Below the pieces are notes generated by a model. The model had not been told where the DNA came from, made no database searches, and saw nothing but the letters and a program-made list of their open reading frames with translations. Position numbers and translations under genes: made by a program. DNA of 64,000 nt from Piromyces finnis finn (Eukaryota > Fungi > Neocallimastigomycota): assembly GCA_002104945.1 (NCBI GenBank), contig MCFH01000035.1:434001-498000 (forward strand), written 5' to 3'. This document shows, one piece after another, positions 44,069 through 55,769 of the stretch. Numbering within the stretch: position 1 is the first letter of the stretch; each line of letters starts with the position of its first letter.

Positions 44069-45352
44069 TTTTTATATACAAAAAATAATATTTAGTTTTT
44101 TAATAGTTTTTTTTTTTTTCAAAAGAATTTTCACATTCTTTTAATTTTTTTTTTAACCTAAAAATAAAGGAGAAGAATTGCACACAATTTAAAATTAATA
44201 TAAAATATTTTTTTTTAATTAATAAAATAATAGTTAAAAGATTTAGGATTTTTTTTTTTTTTTATTATTTATAAAAAGTGACAAAAATAACAAAAATAAA
44301 AAAAAAAAAAAGTTGTCTTTTTTTCTTTTTCTTTTTCTTTTATATTCCTTTCTTCTTTTCCTTTTTTTCCTTACTTTTTCTTTTCTTTCTTTTTTTTTAT
44401 TTCCTCGTTATTACATTAATAAATAAAATTTTATAGATTTATTAATAAATTTTCATTTTTTTTAAATAACAAACAAACAAACAAACTTTAAAACTGAAAC
44501 AATAAATATATATATTTAAATATTAATAAACTTTTTTTTTTTCTTTAAAAAAAAAAAAATACTATTTTTATTTCTAGATGAATAATTATTGAGTAGTTAA
44601 ATGCAAGTTCTACAACCATAACTAAATACTATAGAAAAATAGAAATAAATAAAATTACATAAAAAATAAACCTAGAAATTGGAATTAAAAAAAAAAAAAA
44701 AATTAATAGAAATTTAGATTAAAAAACACTATAGTAGTTTTTTTTTTAATTATTATTAATAGAAAAGCATCTTTAATAGTTGTTAAATTTAAATAAATAA
44801 AAGCATTCCTTTTTATTATATAAAAAGCAAAGAAAAAAAGAAAGAAAGAAAGAAAAAATTCTATTATAAAATATATAAATTAATTAATTCAAAAAAGATA
44901 CTTAATAGGTCTATTATATTTTAATTTTTATTTAAAATTTTTAAACCTATAAATTTATAAAAACAATAACAATAACAACGTTTAAGCAATAAATATTTTG
45001 ATATAATAATATTTCATTTTATTTTTTTTTAAAAATAAAAGAATTATAAAGAAAAAAGGAAAAAAAAAAAAACATTTTTTTTTATACAATAAATTTTCTT
45101 TTTTTCTATCGTAAACAATAAACATTAAAAACAAAATTAAACAATTAATCAATAAGTAGCCTATACCATTGTAAATAAAAAAAAAAAAAAAAATTTAGAA
45201 AAATAATCGATAAAAAAAAATATATATATACAGTATAAAACCAATATAACCGAATAAAAGAAAATATAATAAACTTAAATCATAGTTTACATAATATCCA
45301 TAAAATAAACTTTATATATCAATTATTATACCTTTTATAATATATAAACAAA

Positions 45353-45619
45353 ATGGTCATGATAATTTCTATGCCGAAATTTGATATTCAAGAATATAAA
45401 TATCAACAATTAGAAAAGGAGGAGGAAGAATATTTTTGGGATCGTAAGGTCTGTAGTCTTTTTCCACAGTTAAATCTATGTGTTCTTACCAAAGTAAGTT
45501 TTTAGTCTAATATAAAATAAATAAACTATAAACTATTATATTTAAATTAGAGATATTTGAAGACTCACTATATTTATATATATTTTGTAATAATTATTAT
45601 TAGTCTATCATATTTATAG
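45353..45619 (+). CDS. Possible small spliced ORF, join(45353..45493,45551..45619), 69 aa with a hydrophobic C-terminus
   Basis: The ATG follows an A-rich context. The exon is GC-richer (MVMIISMPKFDIQEYKYQQLEKEEEEYFWDRKVCSLFPQLNLCVLTK), followed by a perfect GTAAGT donor, a 57-bp intron ending TAG and an in-frame second exon. No homology recognised. Confidence 0.3.
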
Positions 45620-48600
45620 TCATACTCTCTTGGCTATTTGTTGTTCTTTATCTTGTATTATGTACATAAATTATATATATATTTATATTTATATGGCATA
45701 AATATTATTATGATTATTTTTTTTTCACCAAAGAATACCATACCATACAAAAATTTTCGAGTTAATGCCAAGAAAATAAATCTAACTCGTTTTGAAAATC
45801 AAAGCAATCTTTATAAATACAAAAAAAAAAAAAAAAGATTTTTTTTTTTTATCAAACACATTCTCTATTAACATATAATTCAATATATACAATATACATA
45901 AGAATAATTAAATTTAAATATAAAATACCAATTCTATTATTAAAATGAATAAAAAAAGAAATAGAAAAAAAAAAAAAAAAAAAAAGAAAATGTTCGAAAT
46001 AACATCTTTTTTTCTAATTTATTTTTTTTTCCTTATCACTTTTTTTTTTTATTATTTTTTTATTCATCATTCAAATTTCAATTTCAATATGAAATATTAG
46101 ATTTTCAAATAAATTCATAAGTCAAAAATTTTCATTTTCAAATTATTGTTTTATTTCCCCGTTTTTTTCTTTCCTTTTACTTTCAACTTTCACTATTTAT
46201 ATATGATTGAAAAAAAAAAATAAAAATATTATTTTAAATGAATACTAAAATAAAATATTATTTTAAATGAATACTAAAATAGACTTCTTTTTTTTACATC
46301 ATTGTATATCCATTCAAAAAAATGTAAAAAAAAAAGAGAAAAATTTAACACTAAAGAAATTCTCTTGATATGTTTTTTTTTATTTTTATTTTTAATACAT
46401 ATAAAATGAGAGTTATGTTTTATTTAAAAAATAAATCATATAGTTTTATCAAAAAATAAACCAAAAAAACATAAAATAAATTATCAAATGGAAATAAAGA
46501 TAAAAATAAAAAAAAAAGTGGAAATATAAACAATAAAATGATAATAACATCCTTTTTATATAAATATACCCTTTTTCAATTAAATATTTTTAGAAAATGT
46601 TCAGTTTTGTGAATTTGTTTTTCAACCAATTTTTTTTTATTTCTATATAAGATATATATATATAATTTATCATCATTATTAATATTTTTTTCATATTATT
46701 CATTTTTATTTATATTTCTATGGACGAAATACAATTAGCTGTGTAAAGAAATAAATGGATATTATCTCTAGACTCTTTTTTTTTTTTTTTTTTACTAAGC
46801 ATTAATTCATTTCATTAACATAAGAGGATAAAGAGAAATTAATTCAAGAAGTTTGGAAAAAAGAATTAACACACATATATATAATGCATCATACAATCTT
46901 GAATATATTTTTTTATATCATAAATTGTAAATTATTATTTATAATTTTCATTATTGTTTTTTTTTTTTTCTTTTCTTCTTTTCTATCGAAGTACAACATT
47001 TTTCATATATTTATATATATATATAAATTTAATAATAAAAACTTTATAAATAATCCTGTTTTTATTTTGGTAGTTAAAAAAAAAAAAAAAAAAAAGAACT
47101 TATATATATAATAAATGAGTTATCACCTAAAACCTTTAAACTATTCAAAAAAAAAAAAAAAGAACACTTTAAAAAAAATGTTTATTGGTTTAAAAATTAA
47201 TAGAAATTAAAGTTTGAAAAAAGTAATATATTTTAAATAAAAATTTTATTTATAATAAAGGCATTTTAATTAATTACCAACTTTTTATATTTTCCTTTTA
47301 TTACTCTTTTCTTTATTTTTTTTTTTCTTATATTTTATTAAAAATAAAAAATAATTTTATTTTAAATAAGGATAAAAAAAAAAAGTACACTTTAAAATAG
47401 ATAAAACTTTTTTTACATAAATTCTATAATTCTTTATAAATTTATGTAAATACATGTGTCTATTCATAATCCTCATTTAAAAATTAATTTAATTTATTAT
47501 TTATTTCAACTGACCTTCCGTTATTTATACTTTCCTTTTTTGTCATTCGCCGTTTTACCCAAAAACACAAAAATTCCAAGTATTCGTTGTATTTATTGGT
47601 TTTGAAATTAAAAAGTCTTATTCATTAAATTAAAAAGTCTTATTCATTAAATTAAAAAAAAATTTTCCTAAATTGAGATTGTTGTACAATTTTTAGAAAT
47701 TTTTGTATACATTTTTGTTTTTTTACTATTTTTGGAAATATTAAGTTTAAACGAATTATCATTGAAAATTGGTAGTTGAAGCGTTTTTTTTTTTTTTTTT
47801 GAAATGTTCTATTAATGATTTTTTAAGGTTTAACTAAAAAAAAAAAAACTTTTATTAATAATAATAAGCATAATTACTTTAGAATTTTAATTAATATTTT
47901 ATCAAACCATTCATTAACCCTATTTGATCGTATTAGCATTGGTGGTGTTTTTGCTTTCTCAATTCATCCGTATTTAATTCATGCTAAAATAAATGGGTTT
48001 AATGGTTCTACATAACTCTACAATTCAGTAGGGGTTAGAGTATTTTATTATTGCTATTAAAATTTAATAAAATTGTTTATAGTAAAATTAATTTTAATTA
48101 ATCTTTTAAAATAGAGTTAAAATATCAAAGTTAATAGTATCATGTATATATTTTATTTTTAATGCAGTCTTTTTATGTTGTTGTAGGTTCAACTTTTTTT
48201 AAAAGTAATTTTTTTTATTATGAAAATTAAGGATTATCCTTTTTTTTTATATATAAAAGTACAAAAAAAAACTTTTTTTTTTTTAGTGTAACAATATATC
48301 GGAAGAAAAGTAGGTAAAAATGTAAGGAAATGAATTTTTACTTTTATTTTTTTTCCTTCATTCATTCATAAATAATGTCTATATTAAATCTATAGAACTA
48401 ATTAAAGGCATTTATTATAGTAAATCGTTTTATCATAGCTACAATTTCTTTCTATTTATTGCTTTTCAAAAGGAAAAAAAAAAAAAAATTACCTTTTTTA
48501 ACACCTTCCTGTAATATATTATTTCTATAAATGAATGCATTATATAATAGATTATATTCATTTATATCATTTTTATTATCAATAATACTATTTAATAGTT

Positions 48601-49351
48601 GTGGCTCATTTCATTTGATAGATATAAAATTATATTATAAATCTTATTATTTATGATATAAATTGTGGTAAATGAAATATTAAAATTTTTCACTTCTTTA
48701 TGGTACAGTTATATTAATTAATATAATATATTAGAAATAAATGGTACTTTTATAATAAATATATAATCAATATACTTGACAATATAAACTATTACTATTA
48801 ATTAATCTATTTAATATAAAACTATTAATTATATTAAAAAATAATATATAACCATTTTGATGGAACCCAAAGAATAAATTCTTATAATTAACTCAATAAT
48901 ATAATCACTCATATAATTGATTATATTTTAATATAATATAACAATATAAATTTCATTATTTTTTTTATAGTTAAATAAGATTTAGAAAAAAAATCATAAA
49001 AAATTAAATTTAAGAATAAAATAAAAATTAAAAGATAAAAAAAAAATTCATATAAAAGGATAAGCTTTTCCTGAAAGTAAACGTTTTTTTTTTTAAAAAA
49101 AATTCTTTATGTAAAGCAGAAGAAGGGAAAAGGAAAACAACAAAAAAAATTGTTTTTATAAATAAAAAGTGGACTTTTTTTTTGTTTAAAAAAAATTATA
49201 ATAGAATTTGTTTAATTTTAAAAAATATTAAAAGAAAGGAAAGAAAATTAAACAAAATGAACTAATAATATAAATTTTAGTTTAAGAAAAGAAAAACCAC
49301 CAAGTTTAGAAATTAAAGTATTAACTTTTTTTTAAGTAAAATCTATATATT

Positions 49352-49565
49352 ATTCATATCAAAAATTATAAACATTTAGTATAATTAGAAATAATTCATA
49401 TCAAATATTATAAACATTTAGTATAATTAGAAATAATTCATATCAAATATTATAAACATTTAGTATAATTAGAAATAATTCATATCAAATATTATAAACA
49501 TTTAGTATAATTAGAAATAATTCATATCAAATATTATAAACATTTAGTATAATTAGAAATAATTC
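49352..49565. repeat. 42-bp tandem repeat x5 (VNTR/minisatellite)
   Basis: The unit attcatatcaaatattataaacatttagtataattagaaata occurs 5 times (copy 1 has one substitution), followed by a partial attc. Confidence 0.95.
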
Positions 49566-49752
49566 TTAAAGTTTGACCTATTTTATAAATAATTTATATT
49601 ATTATTGTTTTAATTTTCTTTCAAATAAACAATTCCATAATATATTTAAAAAAGATTCAATAGAAAAAGAAAAACAAAAGTTACAAAAAAAAAAAAATAA
49701 ATTTCAAATATTATAACAATAAAAAAGAAAGAATATATATTATATCAGCAGC

Positions 49753-50721
49753 ATGGAAAAAATAATCATAGTTTTAATATATTTCACTCTTTTTATTACC
49801 CTTATTGATGTTGTAAAATCAACACCTTTAGGTGGTGAATATGTAGGCTCTTATCAATATACCAACTTTACTTTAAATGATATTAGAGAAATGAAAACGT
49901 AAGTATTTTTGAAAATAATAAAAGAATAATTATAATGATAAAGTATAATAATAACACTCAAATATATCTGTTATATTGCTTTGTTTATAAATTTTAATAG
50001 TATACCTTGTAAGGAAGATTCAGAATGTCCTGACTATAGTAGAGGTTGTGAATTATTCACATTATATAACGGTCAAAATGATGTTGAATATAAATTATGT
50101 GATATGACCTTTATTTGCCATAAAAATGAAACATGTTTATCCCTTTATAATGCTTCCGTTTATTATATAAATGTAAGAGGTATCGAGTATGGTATTTCTT
50201 TTGTAAATAATAATACACTTGAACACAAAGAAATAGAAAACAAGGACAAAATAATATTACATTCCTGTAATGATGAAATGTATAAACATAATTTATGTGA
50301 TACAGAAACTTGTTTAATGACTGAAAATTGTTATTCTGGTCAATGTATCCATCAAACATGTATGATTAATAGTGAAAATCCATCGTACATGTGTAGAATT
50401 GATTGGTTAAAGGATGAAGAAAAACCAGCAATGCTTTGCAAAATGGCAAATGGAGAACCATGTTCTGAAGACGAAGATTGTGATCAAATTAATGTTTGTG
50501 ATAGTCGTTTCGACGTTTGTGCCTCTCCACTTGTTGCTGAAGGTAGAGGAAAACGTGATTATTTCTTTATCATTGGTGTTGCTATTACCATCATTATTAT
50601 TTTAGTTATAATAGCCGTTGTTACTTTATTCGTTATGTCATGTATCTATGTCGCTATTGACGAATTAAAGAATATCCTCTTTAATATAAGTGATGACTAC
50701 CGCCAATTAGAAAACAATTAA
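49753..50721 (+). CDS. Cysteine-rich single-pass type I membrane protein; join(49753..49898,50001..50721), ~288 aa
   Basis: Exon 1 encodes a signal peptide (MEKIIIVLIYFTLFITLIDVVKS), followed by an in-phase GTAAGT..TAG intron. The ectodomain has 18 Cys including C..D.(E/D)C repeats, then one long TM helix and a 20-aa tail ending YRQLENN. Confidence 0.85.
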
Positions 50722-52718
50722 ATCCATTTTTTTAAACCAAAAATAATGACTTTTAATTACCCAAGAATAATATTTAAAAAAGGAATAAAGACAAGAAGGG
50801 ACACAACAAATAAGCCATCGAACAAAAAAAAAAATTAATAATAAACAAGAATCCTTATTATATATATATTAATCTATATTCATTTTTTTATTTAGTATTA
50901 TTATAGAATTCATTATTTTAAAATATACAGTATAAAGTCATTCATTATTAAATATATATATACAATAACTCTTAAAATTAATTATTATTATCTTTTTAAT
51001 TCTAAATATCATAAAATTTTTATTATTCTTCATAGTTTATGAAAAAAAAAAAAATGAAAAAGTTTGGGAAAATAAATAAATAAATAAAAAATGCATGTAT
51101 ATATCGTTATCCTATTATCATAGCAATCATCCTCATTATTTTTTATCTATTTTGTAAATAATTAAATAATAGAATAAAATAAAATAAAAAAAACAAAGAA
51201 ATTTTGTATAACAAAAATAAAAAGACAAATAATTTATATTATTTTTAAATAAATAAACAATAAAATTTATTATGAAAAAAGATAAACTTTTAAAGTGTTA
51301 TCATCCTAAATTAGTTGATAAAAAAGAATAAATTTAATTAGTAAAATAAACTTTTTAAAGATTAATTAATTTTAAAAATAGAATAATTAAACTTTAAAAA
51401 AAGATTTTATTTCAATCTGTCATTATATCTAAACTAAATAATTGTTGATTTTTAAATGTAGAAATATAGGAGCGTAATAGAAGTGGTAGAAGACATAAAA
51501 AAATAAATTTTTAAAGTTATTATTTAAATAGTATAAATATGGTTTTATTTTTTAAAAAACACTATTTATATATAAAACTTTTAAATATTTGTTGATAATG
51601 AATTTAAAAAAAAAAAAAGAATAAATTGATAGATAATTACTATTTATTTGAATTATAAATAAAAAAATAGTTTATTAACATAAACTTGAATAGTTATTAA
51701 TATGAAATATAGTATTTAATGGTGGTGCTATAAATGGTTTTATCCTATTTTCCCTTTCATTCACTTTTTTTCAATCGTAAATTCTTTAATTATTAAAAAT
51801 AAATTAAAAAAAAAAAGATTTTCTGTAACCTGTCACAAAATTAATTAAATTAATATTATTGGTTGAATAATATGTAACATGTTACACAATTTAATGAAGA
51901 AGAATAAAATTAAAAGGTTAAAAATTCATTTTTTATTTCATTGAAAAAAAAGTAAAGTTATATTTTACTATTATAAATACGATATGTAATAAAATTCAAA
52001 TTATAGCATGAAGTACTCTCTTTCTTTTTAAAAAGTTTTCTTTCTTAAGATCAAATTAATTCATAATAAAATATAAAAAAAAAAAAAAAATTCGTTTTAT
52101 ATTTATATATGTTATGATGAACTATACAATATTCGATAATACTCTTTATAAACTAATTATTTTTTTTTATCAATTTACCTATTTCTCTATTTATACAAAA
52201 AAAAAAAAAAAGAAATTATACAGAGTTGTATATTCCTTTATAAAAAGATGATCATCCAAATCGTATTAGAAATTAATTCTCTTTAGGTAAAATTATTAAT
52301 ATCCTAATGCTTTTCATGCGTGAAACAACACAGTATGGATTATTTTACACATTTTTTTTTATATATTTTATACATTTTTTTTATTTTTATTTTTTGCTTA
52401 ATTGCATTTTAAATTAGAGAGTTGTTGTTATTGTTGTTGTTTGCTGTTATTGTCATATAATCATTAGCTAGTATCATTCATAGGAATTGCATTGGATTAA
52501 TTGATTCTATATGTATAAAGGATGAAATTCATGATACAAGTATTTATAAAAAAAAAAATAGATTTTTATATTTAATAATTATATTATTATTGTTATTATT
52601 TTTCTATTACTGTTTTTTTTTTTTTTTCTTTCTTTTTTTCTTTCTATTTATTTTTATTTATTTTTTTTTTCTTTCTTTCTTTCTATTTATTTTAAAAGAC
52701 TTTTTCCCGTTTTCTTAT

Positions 52719-54068
52719 TCAGTTAGTATTTAAATTCCATTTCTTTGAACAGGTGTAGAGTTTTCCTTCTTGAACCATACTATCTAACATTTGAATGGTA
52801 GCACCTAAACACCATCCAGTTTCAATATCATTGATTTTCTTGGCAAGAAGAATCTTTCTGTCAGTATTAATATCATAACCATAGCTAAGAAGAGCATAGA
52901 GATAGGTAAGATCTAAACAGAAATATGGATCATCCTTTGTTTTATCGGCTAATTCATTAGTGTTACTACAAACTTTACGGGCTAATTCAGCTATATCTTC
53001 AATTTCTGGATTAAGACCTAAACCTAAAACTGTGGTACGATCATAAAAGTAGGAAAAAGCATAGATATCATTATTGCTAAAGGTTTCTCTAATAGATGGT
53101 TGATAAATACCATCAAATGAACATGGTTTTGTTTTACAAGCAAGTGTTTTATCAAAGAGTGCTGCTTTGACGGTCTTGTAACAATCACGGAAATTGATAC
53201 CTTGTGTACCGGTGACAGTAACGGAACCATCAACTCCTTTAACTTCAATATCGTTATTGAAGGAATCTGGGAAACATTTATTGACAACAGAATGATCAGC
53301 AGTAATGTGTTCTGTGCTAATCATATTACTTAAAATAGATTTACGAGCTTCCATTAAACCATAACCTAAATAACTATGTTGGTAGAGAACATATTTAAAA
53401 CTACCAAACTTAAGTTCAACACGATAATCTTCATCTGATTCTGGTATTGGGTATTGTAAATGATCAATGGTAAGAGGTTCAAAAACAATTTGAGTAGAAC
53501 CACCACCTAAATCCATAACAGCTACAGTATCTTCTTTGTTTTCACTACCAATTTTACCTAAAAGATAATTTACGGTGATCCAAGCGTAAACACCTTTTGA
53601 AAAAAAAATTTTTTTTGAAAGATAATAGGACAAATGAAAATTTTATATAAAATAATGTTATAGAATGATATAGATAGTTATGTTAATATACAGCTTTCAA
53701 AATTATTTTTTTTTATATTTTATGCATATTTGAAATTTTAAAAAATGAATGTAATTTAAATCTATAAATTAAATAATTGTATATATCTATTCTTTCTACA
53801 AAAGTTTTTTCTAAAAATTTATATTTTATAATTATTATTATTATTTTTTTTTTTCAATTTATATTTTGTTTCATTTTTTCTTTCTTTTCTTTTTTTTTTT
53901 TTTTAATTTATATTTTGTTTCATTTCTTTCTTTCTTTTTTTTTAATTTACTAAAATCAAATTATTATTACTATTATTATTATTTATAATAATGATTCTAC
54001 TTTTTTTCTATAACCATTCTTCCATCCACTATTTCATATTATATATTTTCTTATTTATATATTTATTT

Positions 54069-54106
<38 letters not shown>

Positions 54107-54973
54107 TATATGATTTACCTTCATCTTTTCCATCCATAACAATAACTCCATTTTCTTTTGGTAAATTGAATGGATATTCCTTTCTAATTTTGTCTTCAAC
54201 AGCTTTTAAAATAGCTTCACTTTTTTCTTCTCCTAAAAGTCTTAAACCTGCAGTTGCTTTTACTGCAATTGGTGTACAATCTTGAAGTTCTTTTGGAATT
54301 TTTTCCATGGCAAGTTGAAGTAAAGGTTCTAAAGAATTAGCAGCATCTTTTGGACTATTTGGGAATGAAGAAAGACCTGGTTTAATTTCTTTAAAGGTTT
54401 CATCTTCAAGGGTAGGTGAAAGGTTACAATAGTTGAAACGGTAAACGTGAATACGTGAACCAGTAGAACCTGCATCAATCATTAATGCATACTAATATGA
54501 ATATGTTTAAAAAAAAAAAAAAGTATAAAAGAATAAAAAAATAGTATTAAAATAAAATTGTTTATACATTATTATATATTTATTTTTTTATTACTTGAAT
54601 TAAAGGAAGTTTTGGGTATGGTATAGTACATTGCTTTGTTTTTAGTAAGGTTCTAACATTATTTTGAACAACTTGTTCTGGAATATTATCAACATTAACT
54701 GAATTTGAATCTTCTAGTAACGTTTTATTAAGAAAAAAAAAAAAAAAAAAATAAATTAAAATAAATTATTACCTTTCCATATATATATATATATATATTT
54801 TTAATCTTCATATTTATTATTTATAATATACCATAAACAACATCATGTGATAATGGATTATCAAACAATAAGAAAATAATTACAATAAAAGCTCCTATAA
54901 TAAAGAGTTTTTTCCATAATTGTAATCTAAAAGTGGAATTGTTACCGTTGACTGAGCTATATCTTATATCCAT
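52719..54973 (-). CDS. GDA1: Golgi guanosine-diphosphatase / apyrase (GDA1/CD39 NTPDase family); complement(join(52719..53593,54119..54491,54595..54713,54832..54973)), ~502 aa
   Basis: Apyrase conserved regions: IDAGSTGSR, KATAGLRLL, MDGKDEGVYAW, DLGGGSTQ, SYLGYGL, GWCLGA. There is an N-terminal type II anchor (LFIIGAFIVIIFLLF), and exon phases are consistent. Confidence 0.95.
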
Positions 54974-55769
54974 ATTTTATTTATTTATTTATTTATTATA
55001 TATTATAATATATATTCTTTTTTTTTTTTTTTTTTATATATATTTATTTTTTTATATATTTTTTTTCTTTTTTCGTTTATTTTTATTTATATTAATGATT
55101 TTGATTTCAAAACATTAAAAAAAAGGAAATTTCAAAAGATATAATTAAAGTTCTTATTTATTTTTTTTTTTTAATAATAAATAATAAAAAGATTTATTAA
55201 AAATTTAAAAAAAATAAAAAAACATTTTTTGTTTATTAAAATTTAATTAAAATTAATTAATAAAATTGAGAAAATTATAAAAGAAAAAAAATAATAATTG
55301 AAACTTGCATTGGATACTAAATAATAATTTTTCAATATTGCTAACTCTCCTTTTTTATAATTATTTTGGTAACATTCTCTTTTTCTTTTCAATATATAAT
55401 TACTTTAAAGTTTTTTTTCTTTTTTTATTAAAGATATATATATATATGTTTAGTGTATAACAAAACTAAAAAAAATTTTATATTGAAAATTGGTATTTAA
55501 AGTGTAATGATTAAAAAAAAAAAAAAAAAAAGAGAGAGAAGGAATCTATTTATATTTTATAAAATGTTAAAACTAAAAATTATTTATGAAAGAGATGATG
55601 ATAAATGCTAATTATAATTACAAAAATTAAGGATAGTAATTAAAAAATTAAAAAATCAAAAAAAAAAAAAAAAAAAAAATTTATATATATATAAATATTG
55701 TTTAAATAATTATTATAAAGAAAATCTTGTTTTTCATTAAATCTTATTTCTCATTATTAAAGAAAAGGA

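Noticed and set aside
46222-47660. Two-copy direct repeats (~29 bp near 46222-46281; 22 bp near 47608-47655)
   Set aside because: These are simple local slippage duplications of AT-rich sequence with no spacers or flanking structure; not CRISPR-like.
47890-48060. GC-richer patch with a short open frame (SNHSLTLFDRISIGGVFAFSIHPY...)
   Set aside because: No start or splice context and no recognisable homology; too short to support.
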